A DNA stretch of 28,973 nucleotides, taken from Steroidobacteraceae bacterium (GTDB taxonomy: Bacteria; Pseudomonadota; Gammaproteobacteria; Steroidobacterales; Steroidobacteraceae). A model generated the notes under the pieces. That model worked only from the letters and a program-made list of their open reading frames with translations, ran no database searches and was not told the origin of the DNA. The stretch covers positions 1 to 28,973 of the forward strand of contig JBIJCL010000001.1 in NCBI GenBank assembly GCA_044344725.1, given 5' to 3'. Within the stretch, counting starts at the first letter, position 1. Each line of letters opens with the position of its first letter. This document shows positions 10,581 through 20,324 of this stretch, one piece after another. The translations under genes and the position numbers were made by a program.

Positions 10581-12569
10581 ATGACCAAACCTTACACCGA
10601 ACGCCGCGCCGTTCCCCTCACCCTCATTACCACCGTGCTCGTGCTGTTCGCCGGAGCGGCGAGCGCGCAGTCTCCCGCTCGCGAAACCCGCGGGAACCTC
10701 GTACTCGAGGGCATTCCACCGCATTCGACACGGGCACTCGAGACGCTGGACGGATGGCTCGCCGGACGCGGTGCCAACTTCCAGGACTTCATGGCGGACG
10801 GAAGCATTCTGATCACCACGCGCTTCGGCGACGCCGATCAGGTCCATCATGTCGCTCATCCGGGCGCCGCCCGTACGCAGTTGACCTTCGACATCGACCC
10901 TGCGGGCGGAGCGAGCGCAAATCCTGCCTCTGGATCGCGGATGTTCCTGTTCGCGCGTGATCGAGGCGGAAACGAGAACGCCCAGCTCTATTTGCAAGAT
11001 CTCGATACCCGCCAAACGAAGCGGGTGACCGACGGTCGCTCCCGGCACGGCGGCGCGCTGTGGTCGCGTGATGGCAAACGCCTCGCGTTTCAAAGTAACG
11101 CGCGCAACGGCATCAACCAGGACGTCTACATCGCGGACATCGATGGCAGCAGCGGAGCACGCCTCGTCGTCGCGTCGCAGGGCCAGACGTGGACACCGCT
11201 CGATTGGTCGGCCGATGGTCAAAGATTGTTGCTGCTCGATTATTCCTCGGTCACCGATGCATCGCTGTACGTTGCAGAAATCGCAACGGGCGCATTCACC
11301 CGCGTGTCGCTCTCGGGCGACCCCGCAAAGCCCTCGCCGCAAAGCGGAATCGGCAGCGCCCGCTTCTCTGCAGACGGACAAGGCGTGTGGCTTACGGCCG
11401 ACCTCGGCGGCGAGTTCCGTCAAATCCGTTACGTCGATCTTGCGAGCGGCAGCCTGCGAACGCTTACGGCGAGCCTGTCCTGGGATGTCGACGACTTCGA
11501 AATCAGCACGGACGGTCGATGGCTCGCCTACGTCGCGAACGTCGACGGCTTCAGCGAACTCTTCATCGCCGATCTCGGCGCCGGACTGACGCTGCGACCG
11601 TCGGGTCTGCCGGCCGGCCTCATCTCGAACCTGCGTTTCGACCGGCAGGGAAAAACGCTGGGAATGAGTATCGAATCCTCGCAGTCTCCACGAGACGCCT
11701 GGACCTACGACATCGAAAAAGCCGAGGCCACTCGCTGGACGCGGAGCGAGACGGGGCTCATCGATCCCTCCAAACTCGTCGCAGCATCGGTGTTTCGCTA
11801 TCCGACCTGGGATCGTGTTGGCCGCGCTCAGCGGCAAATTCCCGCGTTGATCCATAAGCCGGCGAAGTCCGGTCGGCATCCGGTGGTGATCGACATCCAC
11901 GGCGGACCCGAGGGGCAGTCACGCCCCGGCTACAGCCCGTTCGCCCAGTACCTCGTCAATGAATTGGGCTACGCAGTCATTCAACCGAACGTTCGCGGAT
12001 CGACCGGTTACGGCCGCACTTTCACGATGCTCGACAACGGTCGGCTCCGTGAAGATTCGGTGAGAGACATCGGCGCGCTACTCGTGTGGATCGCCGCACA
12101 ACCTGATCTCGACGCGGATCGCGTCGTCGTGATGGGCGGTTCTTACGGTGGGTACATGGTGCTCGCCTCGCTCATCGCGTACGGCGACCGACTCAAGGGC
12201 GGTATCAACGTCGTCGGCATCAGCAACTTCGTCACTTTCCTCACCAACACCTCAGGCTATCGCCGTGATCTGCGTCGAGTGGAATACGGTGACGAGCGCG
12301 ATCCTTCGATGCGCGCGTTCCTGCGTCGCATCTCTCCGCTCGAAAAAGCATCGATGATTCGACGACCGCTGCTCGTGGTGCAGGGGCTCAACGATCCGCG
12401 TGTCCCCGCGTCCGAGAGCGAGCAGCTCGTGGCGAAGATTCGCGAGCAGGGTGGCGAGGTGTGGTACCTCGCGGCCAAAGACGAAGGGCACGGCTTCCGG
12501 AAAAAAGCCAACCGCGACTTTTACCTCAAGACCGCCGTGACCTTCCTGGAGCGGCTCTCCGCTCCGTGA
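10581..12569 (+). CDS. Exported S9-family (prolyl oligopeptidase-like) serine peptidase with beta-propeller
   Basis: 662 aa; signal peptide ending AASA, WS.DG propeller repeats, DIHGGPEGQ, PNVRGSTGYG, nucleophile GGSYGG, QGLNDPRV (Asp), DEGHGF (His). Confidence 0.95.
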   Translation: MTKPYTERRAVPLTLITTVLVLFAGAASAQSPARETRGNLVLEGIPPHSTRALETLDGWLAGRGANFQDFMADGSILITTRFGDADQVHHVAHPGAARTQLTFDIDPAGGASANPASGSRMFLFARDRGGNENAQLYLQDLDTRQTKRVTDGRSRHGGALWSRDGKRLAFQSNARNGINQDVYIADIDGSSGARLVVASQGQTWTPLDWSADGQRLLLLDYSSVTDASLYVAEIATGAFTRVSLSGDPAKPSPQSGIGSARFSADGQGVWLTADLGGEFRQIRYVDLASGSLRTLTASLSWDVDDFEISTDGRWLAYVANVDGFSELFIADLGAGLTLRPSGLPAGLISNLRFDRQGKTLGMSIESSQSPRDAWTYDIEKAEATRWTRSETGLIDPSKLVAASVFRYPTWDRVGRAQRQIPALIHKPAKSGRHPVVIDIHGGPEGQSRPGYSPFAQYLVNELGYAVIQPNVRGSTGYGRTFTMLDNGRLREDSVRDIGALLVWIAAQPDLDADRVVVMGGSYGGYMVLASLIAYGDRLKGGINVVGISNFVTFLTNTSGYRRDLRRVEYGDERDPSMRAFLRRISPLEKASMIRRPLLVVQGLNDPRVPASESEQLVAKIREQGGEVWYLAAKDEGHGFRKKANRDFYLKTAVTFLERLSAP

Positions 12570-12582
12570 AAGCGGTAGGCGC

Positions 12583-13230
12583 TCAGCGCTTGGCGGGGAT
12601 TGGGCGCTTGGAGGTTTCGAGACCCGGGCGCTGCGCCGAGTAGTACGCCGCCAAGGCACGGATGTCCGCAGCGGAGAGCGCACCGGCGAAGCCCGCCATG
12701 ATCGCGTTCTTGCGTCCGCCTTTCTTGTAATCGGTCAGGGCTCGCTCGAGGTAGTCGGCGTGCTGACCGGCGAGCGTCGGGTATTGCGGCGTGATGCCGA
12801 TACCGTCTACTCCGTGGCAGGCGACACAAGTCTGAGCCACTTCGGGGGCTTTACCCACCGGCTTCGACCCGGCAGCGGGCGCCACCACCGGGCCGGCGAG
12901 GAAGGCAGCCATATCGGCGAGGTCCTGATCCTTCCAGCCTGAGGCGTTGGCGTGCATGGTGGCGTGGCTGCGCTCACCACTTTGATAAGCCTGCAGGGCC
13001 AGAACGAGGTATTCGGGATGCTGGCCACGCAACTTCGGTACCCGGTACTGGGGGTTGGGATTGCGGTAGTTCGGAATGCCGTGGCAACCGAGGCAGGTGT
13101 ACGCGAGTTTCGCGCCCCGCTCGGCATTGCCCGCCGATTGCGCGTACGCAGAAGGAATAGAACACGCCACGACCCAGAAAAGCGCCACGAGAAACTTCGA
13201 CACCGTAACCCCCGAAACCCTTCGATTCAT
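12583..13230 (-). CDS. Di-heme cytochrome c4
   Basis: 215 aa; signal peptide, two CxxCH motifs (CLGCH, CVACH), P.L.GQH..YL repeats and distal Met ligands. Confidence 0.93.
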   Translation of the reverse strand: MNRRVSGVTVSKFLVALFWVVACSIPSAYAQSAGNAERGAKLAYTCLGCHGIPNYRNPNPQYRVPKLRGQHPEYLVLALQAYQSGERSHATMHANASGWKDQDLADMAAFLAGPVVAPAAGSKPVGKAPEVAQTCVACHGVDGIGITPQYPTLAGQHADYLERALTDYKKGGRKNAIMAGFAGALSAADIRALAAYYSAQRPGLETSKRPIPAKR

Positions 13231-13247
13231 GCGGAAAACAGGCCGCG

Positions 13248-13257
13248 ATGTTAAGGT
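13248..13257. promoter_or_regulatory. Putative overlapped bidirectional -10 (cytochrome c4 / dtd)
   Basis: ATGTTAAGGT: plus strand extended -10 TGtTAAGGT (hexamer 13252-13257); minus strand TAACAT (13253-13248). Confidence 0.45.
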
Positions 13258-13289
13258 TTCGCCGCCCGAATTGCCACCACGTGGGTCGC

Positions 13290-13739
13290 ATGATCGCTCT
13301 CATCCAACGCGTCACCGAGGCTAGCGTCACCGTCGACGGCGAGCGCCTCGGCGAAATTGGGCCGGGATTACTGGCGTTGGTCGGTGTCCGGCCGAACGAC
13401 GATGACGAGACCGCCCAGCGGTTGCTCGAGCGCCTACTCGCTTACCGCGTATTCGGAGACGAGCAGGGAAGAATGAATCTTTCGCTCACCGACACCGGCG
13501 GCGGCTTGCTCCTCGTGCCGCAGTTCACGCTCGCCGCCGACACCCGAAAAGGCAACCGGCCCGGATTCAGCACGGCCGCGCCCCCCGCCCAGGCGGAACG
13601 CCTGTTCGACCATTTGTGTGCGCTCGCACGCCAAGCCCATCCGAAGGTCGCGACCGGTCGATTCGGTGCCGATATGAAAGTGGCCCTCATCAATGACGGT
13701 CCCGTCACGTTCTGGCTGCAAACCCCGGAAACCGTCTAA
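13290..13739 (+). CDS. dtd: D-aminoacyl-tRNA deacylase (start 13290, not 13248)
   Basis: [15 protein letters not shown]..., [17 protein letters not shown] and the NDGPVT Gly-cisPro motif; 149 aa. Confidence 0.96.
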   Translation: MIALIQRVTEASVTVDGERLGEIGPGLLALVGVRPNDDDETAQRLLERLLAYRVFGDEQGRMNLSLTDTGGGLLLVPQFTLAADTRKGNRPGFSTAAPPAQAERLFDHLCALARQAHPKVATGRFGADMKVALINDGPVTFWLQTPETV

Positions 13740-13790
13740 CATCCGGATTGTCCAAGTCATCAGCCAAGAACGCAGGCTGCAGAGGTCGTC

Positions 13791-14036
13791 ATGGGAATCG
13801 GAATGCGCGAGTTGATCATCATTCTTTTGGTGGTCCTACTGGTGTTCGGCGCCAAGAAACTGCGCACGATCGGCTCCGACCTCGGCGCGGCGATCAAGGG
13901 CTTCAAGAAAGGCATGAACGAGGGCGATGCCGAAGAGAGCCTCAAGCAAATCAAGCAGGAGGCGACCGATGCCGATTTTCCAGAATCGGCCAAGACGCCC
14001 TCGACCGATACGAAACCCTCAGACCGTAACGGCTGA
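13791..14036 (+). CDS. tatA: Twin-arginine translocase subunit TatA
   Basis: 81 aa; [36 protein letters not shown]. Confidence 0.96.
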   Translation: MGIGMRELIIILLVVLLVFGAKKLRTIGSDLGAAIKGFKKGMNEGDAEESLKQIKQEATDADFPESAKTPSTDTKPSDRNG

Positions 14037-14067
14037 GCGAGCCCGCCGGTCGCGGGCCTGACGAACC

Positions 14068-14424
14068 ATGTTCGAAGTCGGCTTCAGCGAATTGCTGTTG
14101 ATCATGGGCCTCGCACTACTCGTGCTCGGTCCGGAAAAACTCCCCAAAGTGGTCGGCCAGATCGGACGATGGATGGGTCGCGCCCGCGCGATGGCACGTC
14201 AGTTCCGCGAACAACTCGAGGACGAAACGGCGGAGATCAATCGGCAGCGCAGCACACCGCCGCCGGCACCTGCCGCGACAACCGCCCCCGACGTCCCCAG
14301 CGCCTCCGACACCACCGGCGCGCCGAGCACACCCAGCGCCACCGGACCGGCCTCGTCCGAATCCTCGATCGCGCCTCCTGCCGATCCGAACACCGCCCCG
14401 ACGTCGAATGACTCAAGAACCTGA
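14068..14424 (+). CDS. tatB: Twin-arginine translocase subunit TatB
   Basis: 118 aa; MFEVGFSELLLIMGLALLVLGPEKLP followed by a low-complexity P/A/T/S tail. Confidence 0.95.
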   Translation: MFEVGFSELLLIMGLALLVLGPEKLPKVVGQIGRWMGRARAMARQFREQLEDETAEINRQRSTPPPAPAATTAPDVPSASDTTGAPSTPSATGPASSESSIAPPADPNTAPTSNDSRT

Positions 14425-15151
14425 GCAGCTCGCCGAGGGTACGCTGATCTCGCACTTGCTCGAGTTGCGCGATCGACTGCTGCGCGCCTTCCTCGCCGTG
14501 ATCATCGTGTTCGTACCGATCGCTTTCTTTGCGAACGAGGTCTTCACCTTCGTCGCCCAGCCACTCATCGACCAACTGCCCAAAGGCGCATCGCTCATCG
14601 CCACGAGCGTGATCTCGCCTTTCATGACGCCTTTCAAGTTGGCGTTCTTCGTTGCGCTGTTCGCCGCGATGCCCTTCGTGCTGTACCAAGTCTGGGCATT
14701 CGTTGCGCCCGGGCTGTATCGGCATGAAAAGAAATTCGCGTTGCCGCTGCTCGTCTCGTCGATCGTTCTTTTTTACGTCGGCATCGCGTTCGCATACTTC
14801 GTCGTGTTCCCGGTGATGTTCCAGTTTTTCGCGAATACGACGCCGGCGGGCGTCACGATGATGACCGACATCACGAGCTACATGGATTTCGTGCTGACGA
14901 TGTTCCTGTGCTTCGGTCTCGCCTTCGAAGTGCCGGTCGTCGTGGTCTTGCTCGTGCTCACGGGTCTCGTCAAAGTGGAAAAGCTCGCCGAGATCCGTGG
15001 CTATGTACTCATCGGAATTTTCGTCTTGGCAGCGGTGCTGACTCCGCCGGATGCCATTTCACAGACCATCATGGCGGTCCCCATGTACCTTTTGTACGAA
15101 GGTGGCCTCGCGATGGCGCGACTCATGAATCGGATGCGGACGCCCGCATGA
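14408..15151 (+). CDS. tatC: Twin-arginine translocase subunit TatC
   Basis: 247 aa; HLLELRDRL, SPFMTPFK, WAFVAPGLYRHEKK, FGLAFEVP, LTPPDAISQ; 17-nt overlap with tatB. Confidence 0.97.
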   Translation: MTQEPEQLAEGTLISHLLELRDRLLRAFLAVIIVFVPIAFFANEVFTFVAQPLIDQLPKGASLIATSVISPFMTPFKLAFFVALFAAMPFVLYQVWAFVAPGLYRHEKKFALPLLVSSIVLFYVGIAFAYFVVFPVMFQFFANTTPAGVTMMTDITSYMDFVLTMFLCFGLAFEVPVVVVLLVLTGLVKVEKLAEIRGYVLIGIFVLAAVLTPPDAISQTIMAVPMYLLYEGGLAMARLMNRMRTPA

Positions 15152-15183
15152 CGATGAATATCAAAGATTAGAGGGGGGAAGAC

Positions 15184-16656
15184 ATGGACAACAACAAGAC
15201 TTTTCTCGGCCATCCGCGTGGTCTCGCCACGCTGTTTTTCACTGAGATGTGGGAGCGCTTCAGCTACTACGGTATGCGCGCCCTGCTCGTGCTGTTCCTC
15301 GTCGACGCCATCGCGCGCGGGGGCCTCGGACTAGACGACAAAACGGCGACCGCCATCTATGGCCTCTATACCGCGGCCGTCTATGTCGTGGCCTTGCCTG
15401 GCGGTTGGATCGCCGATCGACTGATCGGGGCACAGAAAGCGGTGTTGTACGGAGGCATCCTGATCTCCCTCGGTAGCTTCGGATTGTGGTTGTCGCAAAC
15501 CGCTCAGATGTTCTACCTCGGACTGATCGTCATCATCTTGGGCGTCGGTCTCCTGAAGCCCAACATCTCCGCGCTCGTCGCTGATCTCTACCCTGAAGGC
15601 GGTGGCCGACGCGATGCGGGTTTCACCATCTTCTACATGGGCATCAACATCGGTGCGTTCATCGGACCGCTGATCACGGCTTGGCTCGCCCAGGTCTACG
15701 GCTGGCGCGTCGGCTTCATGGCGGCGGGTGTCGGTATGGCTCTCGGCGTGTTGCAGTTCGTGATGACGCGCCATCACCTCGGCGCAGCGGGTGCGCGTCC
15801 CCATACGGCAGACGGAGCAGATTCCTCCGTCGCGTGGCGCAGTCTCTGGATCGGTACGGCGATCACCGCCGTGTTGGTCGCCCTGCCATTCCTCGGTGTC
15901 GTGCAAGTGTCACCGGTACAGCTTTCGGACTACGGCATCGTGGTCATCATCGGAATGGCAGTGCTCTTTTTCCTTTATCTGCTCTTCCTCGCGGGACTCG
16001 ACGCCGTCGAAAAGAAGCGCGTGCTCGTTCTCATCGTTCTCTTCGTCGCTTGCGCGCTGTTCTGGTCGGGCTTCGAGCAGGCCGGTTCGTCACTGAACCT
16101 TTTCGCAGAGCGCTATACCGATCGTGTCGTCGGAGCGTTCACGGTCCCGGCGGGCTGGTTCCAGTCTCTCAATGCGGTTTTCATCGTCGTGTTCGCGCCG
16201 GTGTTCTCGGCGATGTGGGTGTCGCTCGCGCGTCGCAATCTCGATCCCTCGACGCCGGTGAAGTTCGCGTTGGGTCTCGTCGGTATGGCCCTCGGCTTCC
16301 TCGCGATGTTCGTCGCGGCACGCATCGTCGCGGATGGGCTTCCGGCTGCGGCGTACTGGCTCGTACTCACTTATCTGCTGCACACTTTCGGCGAACTTTG
16401 CCTCTCGCCGGTCGGGCTCTCCTCGGTGACCAAGCTCGTGCCGCAACGATTCGTCGGACAAAGTCTCGGCATCTGGTTCCTCGCCGCATCGCTCGGCAAT
16501 CTCATCGCCGGTCGTATCGCAGGTGAGTTCGATGCCGAGAACGTCGCGGCGATGCCCGGTCAGTATCTCGACATCTTCTGGTTCGGCATGATCGCCGCTC
16601 TGGTGCTGCTCGTGATCAGTCCGGTCGTACGTCGCTGGATGGGTGGCGTCTCGTGA
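15184..16656 (+). CDS. POT/PTR-family proton-coupled di/tripeptide MFS transporter
   Basis: 490 aa; GHPRGL...FTEMWERFSYYGMRALL (ExxER motif), GLLKPNIS, FYMGINIGAFIGP, WFQSLN, GELCLSPVGLS. Confidence 0.96.
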   Translation: MDNNKTFLGHPRGLATLFFTEMWERFSYYGMRALLVLFLVDAIARGGLGLDDKTATAIYGLYTAAVYVVALPGGWIADRLIGAQKAVLYGGILISLGSFGLWLSQTAQMFYLGLIVIILGVGLLKPNISALVADLYPEGGGRRDAGFTIFYMGINIGAFIGPLITAWLAQVYGWRVGFMAAGVGMALGVLQFVMTRHHLGAAGARPHTADGADSSVAWRSLWIGTAITAVLVALPFLGVVQVSPVQLSDYGIVVIIGMAVLFFLYLLFLAGLDAVEKKRVLVLIVLFVACALFWSGFEQAGSSLNLFAERYTDRVVGAFTVPAGWFQSLNAVFIVVFAPVFSAMWVSLARRNLDPSTPVKFALGLVGMALGFLAMFVAARIVADGLPAAAYWLVLTYLLHTFGELCLSPVGLSSVTKLVPQRFVGQSLGIWFLAASLGNLIAGRIAGEFDAENVAAMPGQYLDIFWFGMIAALVLLVISPVVRRWMGGVS

Positions 16657-18599
16657 CGCCGGCGTCAGCTCTGCCGCCGCAGCTGACGCTGCGAGCGGTC
16701 GTCCTCGCGATCGTCCTCGCGATGATCCTCGCGGCGGCGAACACCTATCTCGGTCTGTTCGCCGGTATGACCATCGCGTCGGCGATTCCGGCAGCCGTGG
16801 TGTCGATGGCCGTGCTCCGCCTCTTCGGAGGCGGCGGCATCCTCGAGAACAACATCGTGCAGACCGGCGCATCGGCCGGATCATCGATCGCTTCGGGCGT
16901 GATCTTCACGATCCCGGCGCTCGTGATCCTCGGGTTTTGGCAAGACTTCCAGTACTCGTGGGTGCTCGCGATCGCAGGACTCGGCGGCATACTCGGTGTG
17001 CTGTTCTCGGTGCCGCTGCGTCGCGCGCTGATCGTCGAGCAAAAGCTCGCATTCCCGGAGGGGCAAGCCGCGGCAGAGGTGCTCAAGGCCGGTGAAAACC
17101 CAGCGCAGGGCATCCGTATTTTGGGTATTGCGGCACTCGGCGGTGCGTTCGCAAAACTCGCGGCGGGTAGTGGCCTCAAACTCATTCCCGATACCGCAGC
17201 GAGCGCCGGATTCTTTGGGAAGTATCTCGGCTTCGTTGGCACGAATCTGTCACCGGCTCTTCTTGCCGTGGGTTACATCGTCGGTCTGAACGTGGGCATC
17301 GTCGCGCTCGCCGGCGCGATGATTTCTTGGAACATCGCGATTCCCTACTACGTCGCCAACGTCCTGCCGAGCAATGTCGAACTCGCCCAGGTTGCTGCAG
17401 GTTTGCCGGCGGAGGAGCTCGCCGGACTCATCTGGTCGAAGCAGATTCGCTATCTCGGCGTAGGCGCCATGCTAGTCGGTGGTGTGTGGGCGCTGATTTC
17501 GCTGCGACATTCTCTCGTGTCGGGCGTACGCAGCGGTCTTGCCGCTGCGCGCGCGAGTGCCGCCGGTCAGGTGATCGCACACACCGAACAAGACTTGCCG
17601 ATGAAATCGGTGCTGATCGGCATCCTGCTCTTCACGTTGCCACTGTGGGCGCTCTACGAAACCATCGTCGGATCACTTGGTGTCAGTCTGCCGATGACCA
17701 TCATCATGATCGTCACCGGTTTTCTCTTTTGCTCGGTGTCTGCCTACATGGCGGGCCTCGTCGGATCATCCAACAACCCCGTATCGGGTATCACGATCGC
17801 GACGATTCTGTTCTCGGCCGTGGTGCTGCTGATGCTCATGGGGCGCGACAGCGAAATCGGGCCCGTGGCCGCCATCATGATTGGCGCCGTCGTCTGCTGC
17901 GCCGCCTGTATCGCCGGTGACAACCTGCAAGATTTGAAGTGCGGCTACATCGTCGGTGCGACGCCGTGGCGTCAGCAGGTGATGCTCGGCATCGGCGCCG
18001 TGAGCAGCGCCCTCGTCATGGCACCGGTGCTCAATCTGCTCGCGCAGGCCTACGGTATCGGCGTGCCGACTGCGGAACATCCGAATCCGCTCCTCGCCCC
18101 CCAGGCCACGCTGATGGCGTCGGTGTCGAAGGGTCTCTTCGGCGGCCAGTTGCCGTGGGGGATGATCGCCATCGGCGCATTGATCGGCGTCGGCATCATC
18201 GTCGTCGACGAGATCCTCAAAGCGCGCGGATCCACTTTCCGAACACCGGTACTCGCCGTCGCCGTCGGGATCTATCTTCCGATCGAACTGATGACACCGA
18301 TCTTCCTCGGCGGATTGATCGGCTTCCTCGCCGAACGCAGCATGCGCAAGTCGGGCTGTGCCGAAGCCGATCTCGAACGTCGTGGTCGAAAGGGTTTGCT
18401 GTTCGCCGCCGGCATGATCACGGGTGAAGCGTTGATGGGTATCGCCATCGCGGTACCGATCGTCACCTCCGGTAGTGCCGACGTCCTCGCGCTTCCCGCT
18501 TCGATGCACTTCGGTGAGTGGTTGGGTCTGATCGTGCTCGCCGTATTGGGTTGGATGATGTATCGGACGGCAACCCAAGCGGATACCCGCGCGGCGTGA
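16653..18599 (+). CDS. OPT-family oligopeptide transporter
   Basis: 648 aa; AANTYLGLFAGMTIASAIPA, ENNIVQT, FPEGQAAAEVL, GSSNNPVSG, GDNLQDLK, APQATLMA. GTG start overlaps the POT stop (GTGA). Confidence 0.95.
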   Translation: MTPASALPPQLTLRAVVLAIVLAMILAAANTYLGLFAGMTIASAIPAAVVSMAVLRLFGGGGILENNIVQTGASAGSSIASGVIFTIPALVILGFWQDFQYSWVLAIAGLGGILGVLFSVPLRRALIVEQKLAFPEGQAAAEVLKAGENPAQGIRILGIAALGGAFAKLAAGSGLKLIPDTAASAGFFGKYLGFVGTNLSPALLAVGYIVGLNVGIVALAGAMISWNIAIPYYVANVLPSNVELAQVAAGLPAEELAGLIWSKQIRYLGVGAMLVGGVWALISLRHSLVSGVRSGLAAARASAAGQVIAHTEQDLPMKSVLIGILLFTLPLWALYETIVGSLGVSLPMTIIMIVTGFLFCSVSAYMAGLVGSSNNPVSGITIATILFSAVVLLMLMGRDSEIGPVAAIMIGAVVCCAACIAGDNLQDLKCGYIVGATPWRQQVMLGIGAVSSALVMAPVLNLLAQAYGIGVPTAEHPNPLLAPQATLMASVSKGLFGGQLPWGMIAIGALIGVGIIVVDEILKARGSTFRTPVLAVAVGIYLPIELMTPIFLGGLIGFLAERSMRKSGCAEADLERRGRKGLLFAAGMITGEALMGIAIAVPIVTSGSADVLALPASMHFGEWLGLIVLAVLGWMMYRTATQADTRAA

Positions 18600-19567
18600 C
18601 CGACGAGCTCGCGAGATCCCGAAGGACGAAAGTTTTCGTCTCGTTCGCGATCGTCTATCTCGTCTGGGGGTCGACCTACGTCGTCACCAAGATCGGGGTC
18701 GATCGTCTGCCGCCGTTCTTGTTCGCCGCCGTGCGTTTTTTGATCGGTGGAGCCTTGCTTTGGTTCGTCGCGAGGCTTCTTGCTCGCAGCCGCGGTCTGC
18801 CGATGATGCCGATCATCCCGAGGCAGGAGTGGCGTGGTCTGATCGTCGTCGGCTTCTTTGCGGTGTTCGTATCGAACGGTGCAGCCGTCTGGGGTTTGCA
18901 GCACATCCCTTCGAACCTCGCCGCCTTGCTCAACGTCACTTCATCGTTCTGGATCCCGATTCTCGGCATGTTCGGTGCGAGAGCCCAGCCGATCAACGGA
19001 CGCGTTGCCACCGGACTGATCACGGGATTCGCGGGAACTGTATTGATCGCATGGCCCGGCGGTGAAACGGCTGCGGCTGCACTGGCTTGGCCGACACTCA
19101 TCGTGCTCGTCGGATGCTTTGGTTGGTCACTCGGCGCGTTTTACATTCGCAACTCCGGCACATCGCTGGACCTCATGACCTTCACTGCACTGCAGATGCT
19201 CTGCGGAGGCGTCATGCTGATCGTCCCGGCATCGATCACGGGCGAGTTGACGCAGTGGAGTTGGGACATCGGCGGACTTGCCGCGCTCGCCTACATGACG
19301 ATCGTGAGTTCGTGCATCGCGTACACCGCCTTCGCATGGTTGTCGGTGAACGTGACGCCCGCCCAGTTGTCGACCTATGCCTTCGTCAACCCTGCGATCG
19401 CCCTCATGCTCGGGTGGTGGATTCTCGAAGAAGGTCTCGGGCCGCTGCAGATCGCGGGCACTGTCATCATTCTAGGCGGAACGTTGCTCGTTAATTGGCC
19501 GCGTCGCTCGCCGTCGGTCGAATCTCGTATCAGCAGCGCGGAACCAGAGGCTCCGCCCGGAGCTTGA
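18596..19567 (+). CDS. EamA/DMT-family transporter (GTG start 18596)
   Basis: IVYLVWGSTY, PPFLFAAVRFLIGG, STYAFVNPAIALMLG; about 10 TM. GTGA overlap with the OPT stop. Confidence 0.92.
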   Translation: MTDELARSRRTKVFVSFAIVYLVWGSTYVVTKIGVDRLPPFLFAAVRFLIGGALLWFVARLLARSRGLPMMPIIPRQEWRGLIVVGFFAVFVSNGAAVWGLQHIPSNLAALLNVTSSFWIPILGMFGARAQPINGRVATGLITGFAGTVLIAWPGGETAAAALAWPTLIVLVGCFGWSLGAFYIRNSGTSLDLMTFTALQMLCGGVMLIVPASITGELTQWSWDIGGLAALAYMTIVSSCIAYTAFAWLSVNVTPAQLSTYAFVNPAIALMLGWWILEEGLGPLQIAGTVIILGGTLLVNWPRRSPSVESRISSAEPEAPPGA

Positions 19568-20324
19568 CGAAATCACTCTCCGCGCCGCTACGACGCTCCC
19601 GTGCAGGGAACTCGATGATGGCGACGAGGTTCTGCCCGTCTGCGCCCCTTATGTTTGTCAGACCCTCATAGCGTTTGAGTGAGCGATCGCTTTTGCGATA
19701 CGACACCTCGATGTAGGGTAAAAACCAACCGAACACGCCCGAGAGATTCAGACGAATCACACTCGTGGTCGCCCCTTCGATCTGCATCTCGCGATTTTTT
19801 TTGACTTTGAAGGTGAGGTAGTCGAGCCGACTCGGGATGAGAAAGGGAAATCTCACCGTCTTACCCGCTTCGAGCTCCACCCAGTGCTTACGCACGAATT
19901 CATCGAAACCGGCATCCGATACCAGGGCGACATCGGTCGACACCTTGGCCTCGCGTCGCGGGGCTTTTGGATTCTCTTGCTGAAAGACTCGCGGACCCTG
20001 CGCAGTGCGACGGAGCCCTTCCGTGTATCCACTGCGTGCGTCGGTAAAAGTGAATTCGGGGGTTTCGCGCGTGGCGCCGTAAGTGAGCTCCTTTCGTGCG
20101 AACGCCGGGCCATCGACGGAGCAGCGATACATCACGATCCGCGCTTCGCCGACCTCTCCCGCCCGGCGCACGTGATGGGACTCGACGTAGAGTAATCGAC
20201 CGTCGTCCCGCGAACGCGCGTAGCCCGTGAACTGTTGATCAACGGCTGCGGCGGGAAGCGAGACGACAGCGGTAAGGACCGCGAACGTGGTGACGAGCAA
20301 AGATTGACGTATGGCGAAACTCAT
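19530..20324 (-). CDS. Exported protein of unknown function (start 20324, not 20408)
   Basis: 264 aa; Sec-type signal MSFAIRQSLLVTTFAVLTAVVSLPAAA, beta-rich mature part, two Cys. ATGA overlap with the upstream holin-like gene. Confidence 0.8.
   Translation of the reverse strand: MSFAIRQSLLVTTFAVLTAVVSLPAAAVDQQFTGYARSRDDGRLLYVESHHVRRAGEVGEARIVMYRCSVDGPAFARKELTYGATRETPEFTFTDARSGYTEGLRRTAQGPRVFQQENPKAPRREAKVSTDVALVSDAGFDEFVRKHWVELEAGKTVRFPFLIPSRLDYLTFKVKKNREMQIEGATTSVIRLNLSGVFGWFLPYIEVSYRKSDRSLKRYEGLTNIRGADGQNLVAIIEFPARERRSGAESDFVKLRAEPLVPRC

Noticed and set aside
10581-13230. Twin-arginine signals in the S9 peptidase (ERRAVP) and cytochrome c4 (NRRVSG) next to tatABC
   Set aside because: Neither matches S/T-R-R-x-F-L-K beyond the RR, and c-type cytochromes are normally Sec-exported before heme attachment.
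14041-14057. GCCCGC-CGGTC-GCGGGC hairpin between tatA and tatB
   Set aside because: It is a 6-bp GC stem with no U-tract and no second copy seen, so it is not supportable as a terminator or REP element. At most it is an mRNA stabiliser.
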